IMG/VR virus record: IMGVR_UViG_3300031857_000025
Length of the DNA stretch: 64,000 nucleotides
DNA from: a virus
Reading direction: 5' to 3' (one strand)
Shown here: piece after piece, positions 51,060 to 61,000 of the stretch
Numbering within the stretch: the first letter of the stretch is position 1
How the letters are laid out: every line of letters begins with the position of its first letter
The notes under the pieces: model-generated
What the model saw: the letters and a program-made list of their open reading frames with translations, nothing else
Database searches by the model: none
Told to the model about the DNA's origin: nothing
Made by a program: the position numbers and the translations under genes

Positions 51060-51554
51060 ATGAGAGTATTAGTTATATTAAGTATGGCATGTGTATTAGT
51101 CAGTGCCACATTAACAAAACCAAAAACAGAAATTCCATCGGATGCTGTTCGTATGTATAGAGCCATTATGCTTTATTCCGGAATGTATCAAGTTCCTAAA
51201 CATGTAGCATTTAATATTGCTCATTTGGAAACAACATATCGAGGACCGCAAGATTCAATTTATAATCCTTCCAGAGCATCCAAGGCTGGAGCATTAGGTC
51301 CAATGCAAATCATGTATCGTTATGCATCTCATTTTGCAGAACGCAAAGTAACCAAAGCTGAATTAAGAGATAGTATTGAGTTCAATGTTAATTTAAGTAT
51401 GAAGATACTAGCCGAGAACTATAAACGATATAAGAGTTGGGCAAAGGCAGCTGGTGCATATAATACCGGAAGACCTATTATTAACAGATATGCCAGAGAA
51501 GCCGTTAAAAAAGATTACCAAAGAAATTGGATCATTGTGAAAGATTCATTATAA
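51060..51554 (+). CDS. lytic transglycosylase (SLT)
   Basis: signal peptide, HLET, GALGPMQI, AYNTG. Confidence 0.85.
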   Translation: MRVLVILSMACVLVSATLTKPKTEIPSDAVRMYRAIMLYSGMYQVPKHVAFNIAHLETTYRGPQDSIYNPSRASKAGALGPMQIMYRYASHFAERKVTKAELRDSIEFNVNLSMKILAENYKRYKSWAKAAGAYNTGRPIINRYAREAVKKDYQRNWIIVKDSL

Positions 51555-51564
51555 TTAATAATAT

Positions 51565-52056
51565 ATGTATAGAATAAAGAGATTTTTTAGAAAGTGCCGT
51601 AATGTAATACGTTGGATTCCTACTATTTGGAAAGACGAAGATTGGGATCAAACATATATCTATGACATGTTACTTTTGAAGTTAGAACATCAACGTGACT
51701 TCTTCTTATCAGATAAAACGCCACCATACTCATCAAGTGCCAAAGAAACAGCTATCCAAATTCAAACGGCGATTGATTTGCTTCACATGACCAGAGACTC
51801 TTGGGAGTTCTATGAGTGTCCGGTACTAGAAGAATTAGATGCCAAATGGGGTAAGGGAGTTTTACGTACTGAGCCATATGGTGATGATAGTTATCAACTT
51901 CATATTGACATTGATGGAGTTAAAACTGAAGCAGATCGAGCACAATACAATGAAGAATTTAAGAAGGGAATGGAACAAGCTCGTAAAGAATATCAAAAAG
52001 ATAAACGTACGGCTTTTAAATATATAGCTGATCATATAGATTATTGGTGGGACTAA
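51565..52056 (+). CDS. hypothetical protein
   Basis: 163 aa ORF ending WWD. Confidence 0.6.
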   Translation: MYRIKRFFRKCRNVIRWIPTIWKDEDWDQTYIYDMLLLKLEHQRDFFLSDKTPPYSSSAKETAIQIQTAIDLLHMTRDSWEFYECPVLEELDAKWGKGVLRTEPYGDDSYQLHIDIDGVKTEADRAQYNEEFKKGMEQARKEYQKDKRTAFKYIADHIDYWWD

Positions 52057-52057
52057 T

Positions 52058-52345
52058 ATGAAAGTAGGAACATTAGTTGAGTGTATTAACGGAGTATTTA
52101 GTCCGTTACAATGTATGGCTCTTAAGCAAAGACCTGTACAAGGTAGTCATTATTTCATACGAGAGATTGCCGAGTACAGTCACGGCATAGGAGTATTACT
52201 AGAAGAACTACATAATCCAGTTATAGATAGTCCTACATATGGCATTGTAGAGCCTTCGTTTAACATTGAACGGTTTCGTGAGATAGAAGGATTAGATGAT
52301 GCTGTAGAAGAACTAATGGAATCAATAGTAACACAAGAAGCATAA
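52058..52345 (+). CDS. hypothetical protein
   Basis: 95 aa ORF. Confidence 0.55.
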   Translation: MKVGTLVECINGVFSPLQCMALKQRPVQGSHYFIREIAEYSHGIGVLLEELHNPVIDSPTYGIVEPSFNIERFREIEGLDDAVEELMESIVTQEA

Positions 52346-52809
52346 TGGAACTCATAACAACATACATTTGCAAGAAAGGTGACATAGGAGTACATGATAA
52401 CATGTTCGGTGGAACTATCATGTCCTTAATAGACGATGCCGCTGCTAGTTATGTGTCTCAGATCTGTGATACTCAACGCATTGTTACTCTTAAGTTTGAT
52501 GAACTGTTATTCAAACAACCAGTTAAGGTAGGTAATATCATTAAGATATATGGTACCGTTAAATCATTTGGTACGACCTCCATAACTGTTTATATTGAAG
52601 TACGTAAACATAATGTGTATACTGGAGAACAGCAAATAGTGACACAAACAACTATTAAGTTTGTACGTATTGATGATGACGGTAAACCGTTACCAATTCA
52701 TAATTATGTTAAAGAGCGCTATGCGGAGCGTATGATAAAATATGGACGTGGATTAATACAAGACAACAATGGGACAATTAGTAAAGAAACTAGTACGGCT
52801 ACCAAATGA
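52345..52809 (+). CDS. acyl-CoA thioesterase (hotdog fold)
   Basis: NMFGG...IDD, FKQPVKVG, GTTS, FVRID. Confidence 0.85.
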   Translation: MELITTYICKKGDIGVHDNMFGGTIMSLIDDAAASYVSQICDTQRIVTLKFDELLFKQPVKVGNIIKIYGTVKSFGTTSITVYIEVRKHNVYTGEQQIVTQTTIKFVRIDDDGKPLPIHNYVKERYAERMIKYGRGLIQDNNGTISKETSTATK

Positions 52810-52930
52810 AAGCCTTTATGATGAAATTTATATAGACATGAGTCAATTTAGGCCAGCCAATGAATATGTAGATGAAACATTTGGTTGGTACCGAGCAAAT
52901 TATATAGCAATAAAAAAAGAAAAACCATGA
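52769..52930 (+). CDS. 53 aa hypothetical protein, not in the ORF track
   Basis: MGQLVKKLVRLPNESLY...; overlaps both neighbours. Confidence 0.4.
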   Translation: MGQLVKKLVRLPNESLYDEIYIDMSQFRPANEYVDETFGWYRANYIAIKKEKP

Positions 52931-53079
52931 TAGAACAAAAAAAAGAGATCCAACAATTAACAATGGCAGTAATTACGGGTATTATACTAGGAGTAGCTAT
53001 TGTAATGATATTAGCAACTGGATGTGTATCTAAACATCCTAAATGTGCTGCATATGATAAAATTGAAACAGTGAAATGA
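52927..53079 (+). CDS. small putative lipoprotein
   Basis: hydrophobic stretch, LATGC lipobox-like, CAAY. Confidence 0.55.
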   Translation: MIEQKKEIQQLTMAVITGIILGVAIVMILATGCVSKHPKCAAYDKIETVK

Positions 53080-54644
53080 GATTACTATTATTCTTATTAC
53101 TAATACCCAACCTAATATTAGCACAATGCGCAGGTAACCAATCCTTTACATTAACACCTGCACCAGTAAACGGAACCTACGAACCAGGCACAGTAGTAAC
53201 CATGTGTTATACTATGAACGGGTGGGATACTGGATTTGGATCCAATTGGATAGAAGGATTTGGAATAGTATTAGGACCAGGATGGGTTTCATATACTCCC
53301 ATATTAGGACCTGATGATTGTGGTGGAGCAGTTGCTGATCAAGGTTGGTTATGGTTAGAGACCGTAACTAATGATCTAGGAACACTCACAGTAGGTCCAG
53401 GTTACTTCTATGAAGGACCACAAGGTACTATTGATGGTAACCCAGGAAATGATTGGGGTGACTTTGGAACAAACTGCTTATGGACATTCTGCATACAGCT
53501 ACAAGTATCTGATGAGTGTGATCCACTATCGCTACTAATTGAGGTAACTCCTTATGCCGATGGCACAATGGGTAGTTGGGGTAATGAATCATGTTTCGAT
53601 CCTGCCTTCCAAGTCTTTACTGGTACTATTGTCGGTGGAGATGTTGATACTTCTCCTATAACAATACCAACAGATACTATATGCGTAGGGTCAACACAAA
53701 CATATGCAGTTGTTAACACTCCAGGATCTGTCTATGATTGGACTTTATCAAACGGCGGGACATTAACTGAGAATGGTTCCAATACTATTATAATTGATTG
53801 GGCAGGTGTACCTGGAGATTATATTATTACAGTACAAGAAACGACTGTGGATGGTTGTGTTGGTGATATTATTGATACTACTATTACAGTTGCTGATACA
53901 TTAATAGTGTTCAGTCAACCTACTACCGGAATATGTCTAGGAGATACTTTACACCTTAATGCTATTCCTAATGATGGTTATTGGTCTGGCGGTAACTTAA
54001 CTGGTAATGTGTATACTGGTAATACTCCAGGATATCAATTCGTTAAATATACTGTTAACATTTATGGGTGTACAGTTACTGATTCCGTTAGAGTATTTGT
54101 TAGAGAGTTATTTACATCTCCAGTAATTAGTGGATTGCAGTATATCGATCTATGTTTATCAGATCGCGTTCAAACTTATTATACTGTTGATGATCCTAGT
54201 ATTGAGTATACATGGTTAATGGGTAATCAGACATTACTAGATACAGATTATGATCTGCAAATGATTTGGCCGGACAGTACCATGGGTTATACTTTAGGAG
54301 TATTTGGAACTGATACAATTGGATGTCGTAGCGAAGTAGGTTATATTAATGTTGCTGTAACAGCATGTCATAGAATATTCGTACCTAATTCATTTACTCC
54401 TAACGGGGACAGTTATAATGATGCTTTCCGAGTAGTTGGATCGGCAGTATATGATTTGGATTTCAAAATATATAATCGATTTGGTAGTGTAGTTCATAAG
54501 ATATCATCTACCAATGAATACTGGAATGGTAATGATGGTTCGGGATATTATTGTCCTACCGGAATATATAATTGGATAGCTACTTATAGCGATGACCAAG
54601 GACTTAGACATACAGAGAAAGGACATATAATTTTAATACGATGA
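53076..54644 (+). CDS. secreted PKD/Ig-like protein with T9SS type B C-terminal sorting domain
   Basis: signal peptide; FVPNSFTPNGDSYND...IYNRFG...WNG...GIY...GHIILIR. Confidence 0.88.
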   Translation: MRLLLFLLLIPNLILAQCAGNQSFTLTPAPVNGTYEPGTVVTMCYTMNGWDTGFGSNWIEGFGIVLGPGWVSYTPILGPDDCGGAVADQGWLWLETVTNDLGTLTVGPGYFYEGPQGTIDGNPGNDWGDFGTNCLWTFCIQLQVSDECDPLSLLIEVTPYADGTMGSWGNESCFDPAFQVFTGTIVGGDVDTSPITIPTDTICVGSTQTYAVVNTPGSVYDWTLSNGGTLTENGSNTIIIDWAGVPGDYIITVQETTVDGCVGDIIDTTITVADTLIVFSQPTTGICLGDTLHLNAIPNDGYWSGGNLTGNVYTGNTPGYQFVKYTVNIYGCTVTDSVRVFVRELFTSPVISGLQYIDLCLSDRVQTYYTVDDPSIEYTWLMGNQTLLDTDYDLQMIWPDSTMGYTLGVFGTDTIGCRSEVGYINVAVTACHRIFVPNSFTPNGDSYNDAFRVVGSAVYDLDFKIYNRFGSVVHKISSTNEYWNGNDGSGYYCPTGIYNWIATYSDDQGLRHTEKGHIILIR

Positions 54645-54720
54645 TAGTAAGATTTAAACTTTGGTGGAGACAATTTATTAAGAAACATATAATTGATAAG
54701 TGTCCAGATGATATAGACTT

Positions 54721-54877
54721 GTAACTTATTGATAATCAACGATTTAACCTAACAAATAGGTGTCGACGGACCGGTAACTCATTGTAAATCAATAGGTTAC
54801 CGGTTCAAACGTAACATTTCTAACATTTCTCTAGGATTTCGGAGATTTTGTACTTATCTTTATGAAATAAATTAAAA
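54721..54877 (+). repeat. palindrome plus promoter cassette, copy 3
   Basis: two TTG-N-TCAA units, ACCGGTAAC...GTTACCGGT, GTAACATTTCTAACATTT, CTAG-N20-TATCTTTA. Confidence 0.8.
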
Positions 54878-54880
54878 TAT

Positions 54881-55231
54881 ATGGAAAAGTTAAACATTGC
54901 CAGTGGCGCAGAACAGTTATGGTTTGAACCTAATTTTGATACCCGAAGTATTGATGTATTTCATTATCATCCATACCATGAAACCCGTACCAAATTGATT
55001 TCATGGCGAGGTAATGACCGAATGCCTGGTGGTGTTTGGGAAGGTGATAATCATGTTAATAAGAACCAGTTCTTCCGTATCCTTAAACAGCATCCAAAAG
55101 GCATTGTACGTAAGTTGAATGCTTGTAAAGACAAGTTATGGAATGGTGATGTACCAGAGCAGTCATGGGATAAGACCTGGCAATGTTTTAAGCGTCGAGT
55201 AAACATTAAGATTCATAAATTAATAAAATAA
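54881..55231 (+). CDS. hypothetical protein
   Basis: first ORF behind the cassette. Confidence 0.6.
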   Translation: MEKLNIASGAEQLWFEPNFDTRSIDVFHYHPYHETRTKLISWRGNDRMPGGVWEGDNHVNKNQFFRILKQHPKGIVRKLNACKDKLWNGDVPEQSWDKTWQCFKRRVNIKIHKLIK

Positions 55232-55236
55232 GCCCT

Positions 55237-55488
55237 ATGTTAACAACACAGAAAGAGTATCACGAGTTAAAAGAGTTACGTGTTCAATTGAACGATGCCA
55301 TCCAGGAAATGTCCGAGCTAGGAGATAGTATTGTACAGGACCTGGAACTTAATATTGGCGACGGTGAAGAAAAAGCAACTCAACTATTAGAAATAAGTAT
55401 GTGGATGCTTAAAGCTAAACTGCAAGCATCTTTACTAGAGTCATCAATACGAACGCATCGAGAAAAATTAGTAGCTGAACTTAATTAA
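55237..55488 (+). CDS. hypothetical coiled-coil protein
   Basis: 83 aa ORF. Confidence 0.55.
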   Translation: MLTTQKEYHELKELRVQLNDAIQEMSELGDSIVQDLELNIGDGEEKATQLLEISMWMLKAKLQASLLESSIRTHREKLVAELN

Positions 55489-55489
55489 T

Positions 55490-55762
55490 ATGAAATCAGT
55501 AGTAGTAAAAATACTCGGAGAGAATTGGCTTGTAAGTCCTGAGGGCTGGCAAAAGGTAGCAGATGATTATGTGTTACCTGAACAAACCCAACCCAAAGCT
55601 GTTACAGTACCTAAAGTACTCAATGTAACAGTTAAAGGTAGTAAGCCAGGAGTTAACTATACTGTAACCAGAAGCCATGGTCATTATTCCTGTACCTGCA
55701 AGGGATATGAGTTTAGAAGTAAATGCAGGCATATTGATGAAACTAAAGAAAAATATGATTGA
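55490..55762 (+). CDS. SWIM zinc-finger protein
   Basis: CTC...CRH. Confidence 0.75.
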   Translation: MKSVVVKILGENWLVSPEGWQKVADDYVLPEQTQPKAVTVPKVLNVTVKGSKPGVNYTVTRSHGHYSCTCKGYEFRSKCRHIDETKEKYD

Positions 55763-56354
55763 TAATTTCACATACATAAAGCGATTGTTACGGATTGAAC
55801 CAGATTACTTCTACTTCATACAGATAATCCAGCGCTCAAAGGAGAATCCAGAGTTAGGTTCTAATAACAGAATCATTCGTTCCTATAACATTGATTCCAT
55901 AACCAAGTTCGAGAAGAATATGCCTGAGATCATTCAGCTATGTAACATGTTCAATGCCAGAGCCTATATTCATTTGAACAGAAGAAGATGGAGTAAGATT
56001 GCTTTAGAATGCTTGCGTCATAATGCCGAACTGATTGCTAACGGTCAACATGAAGGTATCAAGTCTAGTTTAGAAACTGTCATTGGTCGTAACAATGGCG
56101 AGACTAAAGATAATAAGACTTGGATCCTAGACTGTGACGGTATGGATACTCCTAGTCCACTTATGATGGCTATAATTGAGTATGAATGCCAACCATTGAC
56201 GCTTGATTTAACAAAACCAAAGTGCCTGCATACAATTGAAACTAAGAATGGATGTCATTTGATCACAAGACCATTTGATACTCAGGCATTCCATACCAAG
56301 TATCCAGAAATTGAAATACATAAAGATAACCCAACAATTTTATATATACCTTAA
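55755..56354 (+). CDS. conserved hypothetical phage protein
   Basis: RAYIHLN, WILDCD, TKNGCHLIT. Confidence 0.6.
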   Translation: MIDNFTYIKRLLRIEPDYFYFIQIIQRSKENPELGSNNRIIRSYNIDSITKFEKNMPEIIQLCNMFNARAYIHLNRRRWSKIALECLRHNAELIANGQHEGIKSSLETVIGRNNGETKDNKTWILDCDGMDTPSPLMMAIIEYECQPLTLDLTKPKCLHTIETKNGCHLITRPFDTQAFHTKYPEIEIHKDNPTILYIP

Positions 56355-56355
56355 T

Positions 56356-56715
56356 ATGCAAAACAGAATACAAATAGACGGAGTATGGTACGTCCGTGAA
56401 CAACAAGAACCAGAAGTACAACTTGACATTACCCGATTTAAAGGAATGGTCACTGAAAGTGATAAGTATTGTTTTGAAGCTACTAAGATTAAAGATGGCA
56501 GTGTACCTGGTAAATATTATGATGACTGTGATATCGAATTCACAGATAAACGAGTGAAGCCATGGAAAACAGACCTATGGGATAACAATGCTTGGATGAG
56601 AGGAGTATTAGATAATAACCCAGAATCATTAGCTGAGTTAGATAACTTAGGTCCGCAAGGAGAAGCTGAGCTTAAAGCATTTTTAAAAGTGTTAAAAGAA
56701 GAAGGTTGGATATGA
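56356..56715 (+). CDS. hypothetical protein
   Basis: ORF in operon. Confidence 0.55.
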   Translation: MQNRIQIDGVWYVREQQEPEVQLDITRFKGMVTESDKYCFEATKIKDGSVPGKYYDDCDIEFTDKRVKPWKTDLWDNNAWMRGVLDNNPESLAELDNLGPQGEAELKAFLKVLKEEGWI

Positions 56716-57110
56716 AACAGTTAATATTATTAAGAGGCTTACCAGGCTCAGGTAAATCAACATTTGCTAAATCATTAGGTGGTATACATATTGAAGCAGA
56801 CCAGTACTTCATGGACAACGGAGTCTATAAGTTTGATGCATCTCAGATAAAGAATGCTCATAACTATTGCCAATCTCAAACACGAGCGTGGATGAGTCAT
56901 AATGGTGAGCAAATTAAAACGGATAAAATTATTGTATCTAATACATTCACTATGGAATGGGAAATGGATGCTTACTTTGAGATGGCTGAAGAGTTCGGTT
57001 ATCAGGTATTTAGTTTAATAGTTGAAAATCGTCATGAGGGAGTAAATGTACATGACTGTCCTAAAGATAAAATAGAACAAATGCGAAATAGATTTGAAAT
57101 AAAATTATAA
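56712..57110 (+). CDS. P-loop kinase (polynucleotide kinase-like)
   Basis: LRGLPGSGKST, EADQYF, VSNTF. Confidence 0.8.
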   Translation: MKQLILLRGLPGSGKSTFAKSLGGIHIEADQYFMDNGVYKFDASQIKNAHNYCQSQTRAWMSHNGEQIKTDKIIVSNTFTMEWEMDAYFEMAEEFGYQVFSLIVENRHEGVNVHDCPKDKIEQMRNRFEIKL

Positions 57111-57113
57111 GAT

Positions 57114-58259
57114 ATGGAAAATAATAACTCAGTGTGCTATGTAGCACGTATTGGTGAAATCATACCAATACCAGGCGCGGATAATATTGAAATAGCTTTA
57201 GCTGGTGGTTGGCAGGCTATCACCAAGAAAGGAGAATACAAAGTAGATGACTTGGTAGCCATTGCTACAACAGATGCTGTTATACCCCAAGGGCTTTCAG
57301 ATGCAATGAACGTAACTAATTACTTACGTAAAGGTCAACGTGTGCGTACTGTTAAGTTGAGAGGGATGTATTCTGAATGTTTAGTGATTCCTAACCAGTT
57401 TTTACCAGTTGGTTACAACCCAGAAGGTAAGGATCTGATGGATTCGTTGAGTATCTTCAAATACGAACCACCAGCTGTACAAGTACAATTGGCATCAGGA
57501 CGTAAGATTAGATATCAGAAGAATCCCAACTTTCATGTGTACTACAAGTTCCCTAACATGAAGAACGTGACTGGAATGTTCACTGATACTGATTTAGTTC
57601 AGATAACTCGTAAGTTACATGGTACCAATGCTCGTTATGGTATTGTTAAGAAAACTAAACTATCTCTTTGGGATAAGATAAAGAAGTTCCTATGGTTAGC
57701 TGATACATGGGTCGACTATGAGTTTGTGTATGGATCGCATAATGTAGAGAAAGGATCTGACTCTCAAGGATTCTATGACACAGATGTTTGGAGAACAGTT
57801 GCTGACAAGTATGATATTAAAAACAAATTGTGGGCGTTTGTTAAAAATCATAAACCATCAGAAATTGGAAATGGAGTAGTTGTTTATGGTGAGGTGTATG
57901 GTCCTGGTATTCAAAAGAATTATGATTACGGATTAAAAGAATTAGAGTTCGCTGGGTTTGATATTATGTGGGATGGTAATTATTTATCTGTTGAAGAAAC
58001 TTGGTACACAATGACGGGAAACAAAGGCTCATTCATTGGTGGAGTTGATTTACCACATGTGCCTATATTATATACTGGTCCATGGTCTCAAGAAATTCAA
58101 GACGTATTTACATTCAATAACTTTATTGAAGGTACCAAAGTACCACATGAAGGTATTGTAATTAAACATGTATCAGGTGACCGTCATAAAGTTGCCAAAG
58201 TAATTAACCCAGATTATCTTATTTACGGCGAAAAACATGATGTTGGGGATAGTCACTAA
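57114..58259 (+). CDS. RNA ligase (DRB0094/Rnl5-like)
   Basis: N-terminal OB-like IPGAD/KLRG; KLHGTN, YGEVYG, FDI, EGIV, K-x-I. Confidence 0.85.
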   Translation: MENNNSVCYVARIGEIIPIPGADNIEIALAGGWQAITKKGEYKVDDLVAIATTDAVIPQGLSDAMNVTNYLRKGQRVRTVKLRGMYSECLVIPNQFLPVGYNPEGKDLMDSLSIFKYEPPAVQVQLASGRKIRYQKNPNFHVYYKFPNMKNVTGMFTDTDLVQITRKLHGTNARYGIVKKTKLSLWDKIKKFLWLADTWVDYEFVYGSHNVEKGSDSQGFYDTDVWRTVADKYDIKNKLWAFVKNHKPSEIGNGVVVYGEVYGPGIQKNYDYGLKELEFAGFDIMWDGNYLSVEETWYTMTGNKGSFIGGVDLPHVPILYTGPWSQEIQDVFTFNNFIEGTKVPHEGIVIKHVSGDRHKVAKVINPDYLIYGEKHDVGDSH

Positions 58260-58270
58260 TAAAATTGGAA

Positions 58271-58326
58271 GAAAGTAACATTTCTAACATTTTTCTAGGA
58301 TCTTTGAAATATTGTACTTACCTTTA
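58271..58326 (+). promoter_or_regulatory. promoter cassette, copy 4
   Basis: GAAAGTAACATTTCTAACATTTTTCTAG-N20-TACCTTTA. Confidence 0.75.
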
Positions 58327-58343
58327 TGATCCAATTGAAATTT

Positions 58344-58997
58344 ATGAAGATAGAAATAACACCAGAACAAAGAGTATGGTTTACTAGTGATACCCATTAT
58401 AACCATTCCAATATATGTAGGGCAACTACTCAATGGAAGGATGCTGATAATGTAACTCGTGATTTTAGTTCATTGGAAAGAATGAATGAGGAGTTAGTAT
58501 TTTGGATTAACCAAAGAGTAGCTCAGGATGATATCTTGATTCACTTAGGTGATTGGTCATTTGGTGGATTTGATAGTATCAAAGAGTTCCGGGATCGTAT
58601 TGTATGTCAGAATGTGCATTTGGTACTTGGTAACCATGATCAACATATTGCACGAAACAAAGACAATGTACAATCCATTTTCAGTTCAGTTAATCAATAT
58701 CTTGATCTTGAAGTTAGTTGGTGGGTAGCCGGTAAGAAGAAAGAACGTCAACGGTTTGTTTGTATGCATTATCCGATTGCCAGCTGGAATGGAATGAATG
58801 ATGGAGCAATTCACTTGCATGGACACGTTCATTTACCTAACCACTTACGAATAGCTAAAGGTAAGGCTATGGATGTAGGTGTTGATGGAAATCAGATGGA
58901 ACCTATCAACATGAGAGATGTTTTAACATTAATGAAAATGCGACCAATCGCTAAATTGGAATTACCAAAAGATCATCACGAAAAAAGATTAATATGA
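58344..58997 (+). CDS. calcineurin-like metallophosphoesterase
   Basis: SDTH, HLGD, GNHD, HGHVH. Confidence 0.88.
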   Translation: MKIEITPEQRVWFTSDTHYNHSNICRATTQWKDADNVTRDFSSLERMNEELVFWINQRVAQDDILIHLGDWSFGGFDSIKEFRDRIVCQNVHLVLGNHDQHIARNKDNVQSIFSSVNQYLDLEVSWWVAGKKKERQRFVCMHYPIASWNGMNDGAIHLHGHVHLPNHLRIAKGKAMDVGVDGNQMEPINMRDVLTLMKMRPIAKLELPKDHHEKRLI

Positions 58998-59695
58998 AAA
59001 CAATATTTTTAGGAGACACCCACGGTCGCAGTCTGTGGAAGGATATAATAGCAAAAGAATCACCAGACCGAGTTGTCTTTATAGGTGATTACTTTGATAG
59101 TTTTGATATCAAAGGTACTGAACAAATGTTTAACTTCAAAGAGATAATTGCTTTCAAAGAAAGTAATCAATGTGAAGTAATCTTGTTAATAGGTAATCAT
59201 GATTATCATTACTACCCAGGTGGCGAAACATATTCAGGTTATCAACATGGAGCCGCTCCTGCTATCAAACAGTTGTTAGAAGAAAACAAGCATCATATGC
59301 AAATGTGTTATCAATTGGATAATATTTTATGTTCACATGCTGGTATAGGTCATAATTGGTTAGTTGAACAAGAAAAATATGAGTCAGGTAGTATTGCTGA
59401 TTTTGTAAATGATATCTGGAACTACAAACCTAATCGTTTCATATTCTATGGATTTGATCCTTATGGTGATAATAAAACTCAAACACCAATTTGGATCCGT
59501 CCTAAAAGTTTATTGGCAGGCAATAAAGAAACATTTCTGAAAAAAGATTATATTCAAATTGCCGGTCATACCCAAGTAAATAAAATTGATATTGAAGGGA
59601 AGGCAACGGGCGGCAGATATTATTTTATTGATGCTATTGAAATAGGTCAATACTTGGTCTATGAAGATAATGAATTTAAGTTAGGTGAAATTTAA
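58994..59695 (+). CDS. calcineurin-like metallophosphoesterase
   Basis: GDTHG, GDYFD, GNHD, HAG, GHT. Confidence 0.88.
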   Translation: MKTIFLGDTHGRSLWKDIIAKESPDRVVFIGDYFDSFDIKGTEQMFNFKEIIAFKESNQCEVILLIGNHDYHYYPGGETYSGYQHGAAPAIKQLLEENKHHMQMCYQLDNILCSHAGIGHNWLVEQEKYESGSIADFVNDIWNYKPNRFIFYGFDPYGDNKTQTPIWIRPKSLLAGNKETFLKKDYIQIAGHTQVNKIDIEGKATGGRYYFIDAIEIGQYLVYEDNEFKLGEI

Positions 59696-59706
59696 TATAT
59701 ACTGTA

Positions 59707-60180
59707 ATGAAACGTATTTTATTCTTACATGGTTTAGAAAGTAGTAATATCTGTGATAAAACTAAATTCTTATCGGAACGTAGTATACTATGTGCTCCAA
59801 AGATAAATTACAAGGATGAAGACTTACAACACCAATTATCATTTTTGGTCGAATCATTTAAGCCAGATCTGATAATTGGTTCTTCTATGGGCGGGTATGT
59901 AGCATTGCAATTAGCTAATCATTATGATATCAAGTCAATTGTATTTAATCCAGCAATACATTCTAGGTCAATCGATCCAGATATCCATTTACCATTTACT
60001 GATTGTAACAATGTCCCAGTTGTTGTTTTAGGTTTACAGGATACAGTTATCGATCCGGTTGTTACTAAATCATTATTATCGAAAGGATCTATTATATATC
60101 AGATCGAAGAAATTGAAACAATGCAACATCGTATTGCATTTGATGTATTCGTTGATATTTATAATAAACATGTATCATAA
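59707..60180 (+). CDS. YqiA/YcfP-like alpha/beta hydrolase
   Basis: FLHG, GSSMGG, NPA. Confidence 0.85.
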   Translation: MKRILFLHGLESSNICDKTKFLSERSILCAPKINYKDEDLQHQLSFLVESFKPDLIIGSSMGGYVALQLANHYDIKSIVFNPAIHSRSIDPDIHLPFTDCNNVPVVVLGLQDTVIDPVVTKSLLSKGSIIYQIEEIETMQHRIAFDVFVDIYNKHVS

Positions 60181-60716
60181 TGATTAAACTAACATCTATA
60201 CTCAACGAACTACGCAAAGACACCTGGCAACAATTGGATAAAGGTCAAGTGGATCCTTACAAAGATGAAATACTGGATCTAATAAAACAAGCCTACAAAG
60301 AAATTGGTGGGCATCCTAACTTCAAAAACGATTCGGATATAACAAGTGGTAACGGTGGTGATGTGTATGACATTATTGATTTGGATTCGGATAATGATAT
60401 CGATGCAGTAAATGTTTCAAAAGAAAAGCCAAGCGGTCATAAACTTGTAGCTATGGGACATGATGGTTCTCCAGAAGCAAAACGCGCTGCTATCAATCAA
60501 CAAGTAAGCCAATTAAAAACACGTGGTTGGTATATGGAAGTGTCGGGTAAGATCAAAGACATTTTATTAGCCAAAGGTGTTAAAGCGGTAGACAATGAAA
60601 AACTAGTACGTAAGGCTTTGGCTGGTAAAGATATTGTATGGCATGGTGATGGTACCTATGATAGGAAGATCGGTGGGGAGATGCATACAAAGATGATGGT
60701 AGGAAAGCCATTATAA
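60180..60716 (+). CDS. hypothetical protein with MIKL leader
   Basis: MIKLTSILNE; ATATTTAT upstream at 60155. Confidence 0.65.
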   Translation: MIKLTSILNELRKDTWQQLDKGQVDPYKDEILDLIKQAYKEIGGHPNFKNDSDITSGNGGDVYDIIDLDSDNDIDAVNVSKEKPSGHKLVAMGHDGSPEAKRAAINQQVSQLKTRGWYMEVSGKIKDILLAKGVKAVDNEKLVRKALAGKDIVWHGDGTYDRKIGGEMHTKMMVGKPL

Positions 60717-60813
60717 ACTAATTGTCCGTTCAGTTATTCCTATTTTACAGTATATCAGGTATCAGAATACCCTATAATAGGGTGAGTTCGTTATTTGTTC
60801 GGTAATACATTCA

Positions 60814-60992
60814 GTAACTCATTGATAATCAATAACTTAATAACTTATTGAAAATCAATGAGTTACATACGTTAACGGTAAGAGCATATAACTCATTGAT
60901 ACTTAGTAGGTTACTGGTTCGAAAGTAACATTTCTAACATTTTTCTAGGATTTAAAGGATATTGGCCTTAATTTTATGAAATAATTAAAAAA
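60814..60992 (+). repeat. palindrome array plus promoter cassette, copy 5
   Basis: 22 bp inverted repeat at 60814-60866, third unit at 60889-60920, CTAG-N20-TAATTTTA. Confidence 0.8.
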
Positions 60993-61000
60993 GATAGAAT

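Noticed and set aside
47723-60992. Palindromic repeats and the Cas4-like nuclease at 26343 as a CRISPR system
   Set aside because: There is no regular repeat-spacer array and no cas1/cas2; the nuclease sits among replication genes
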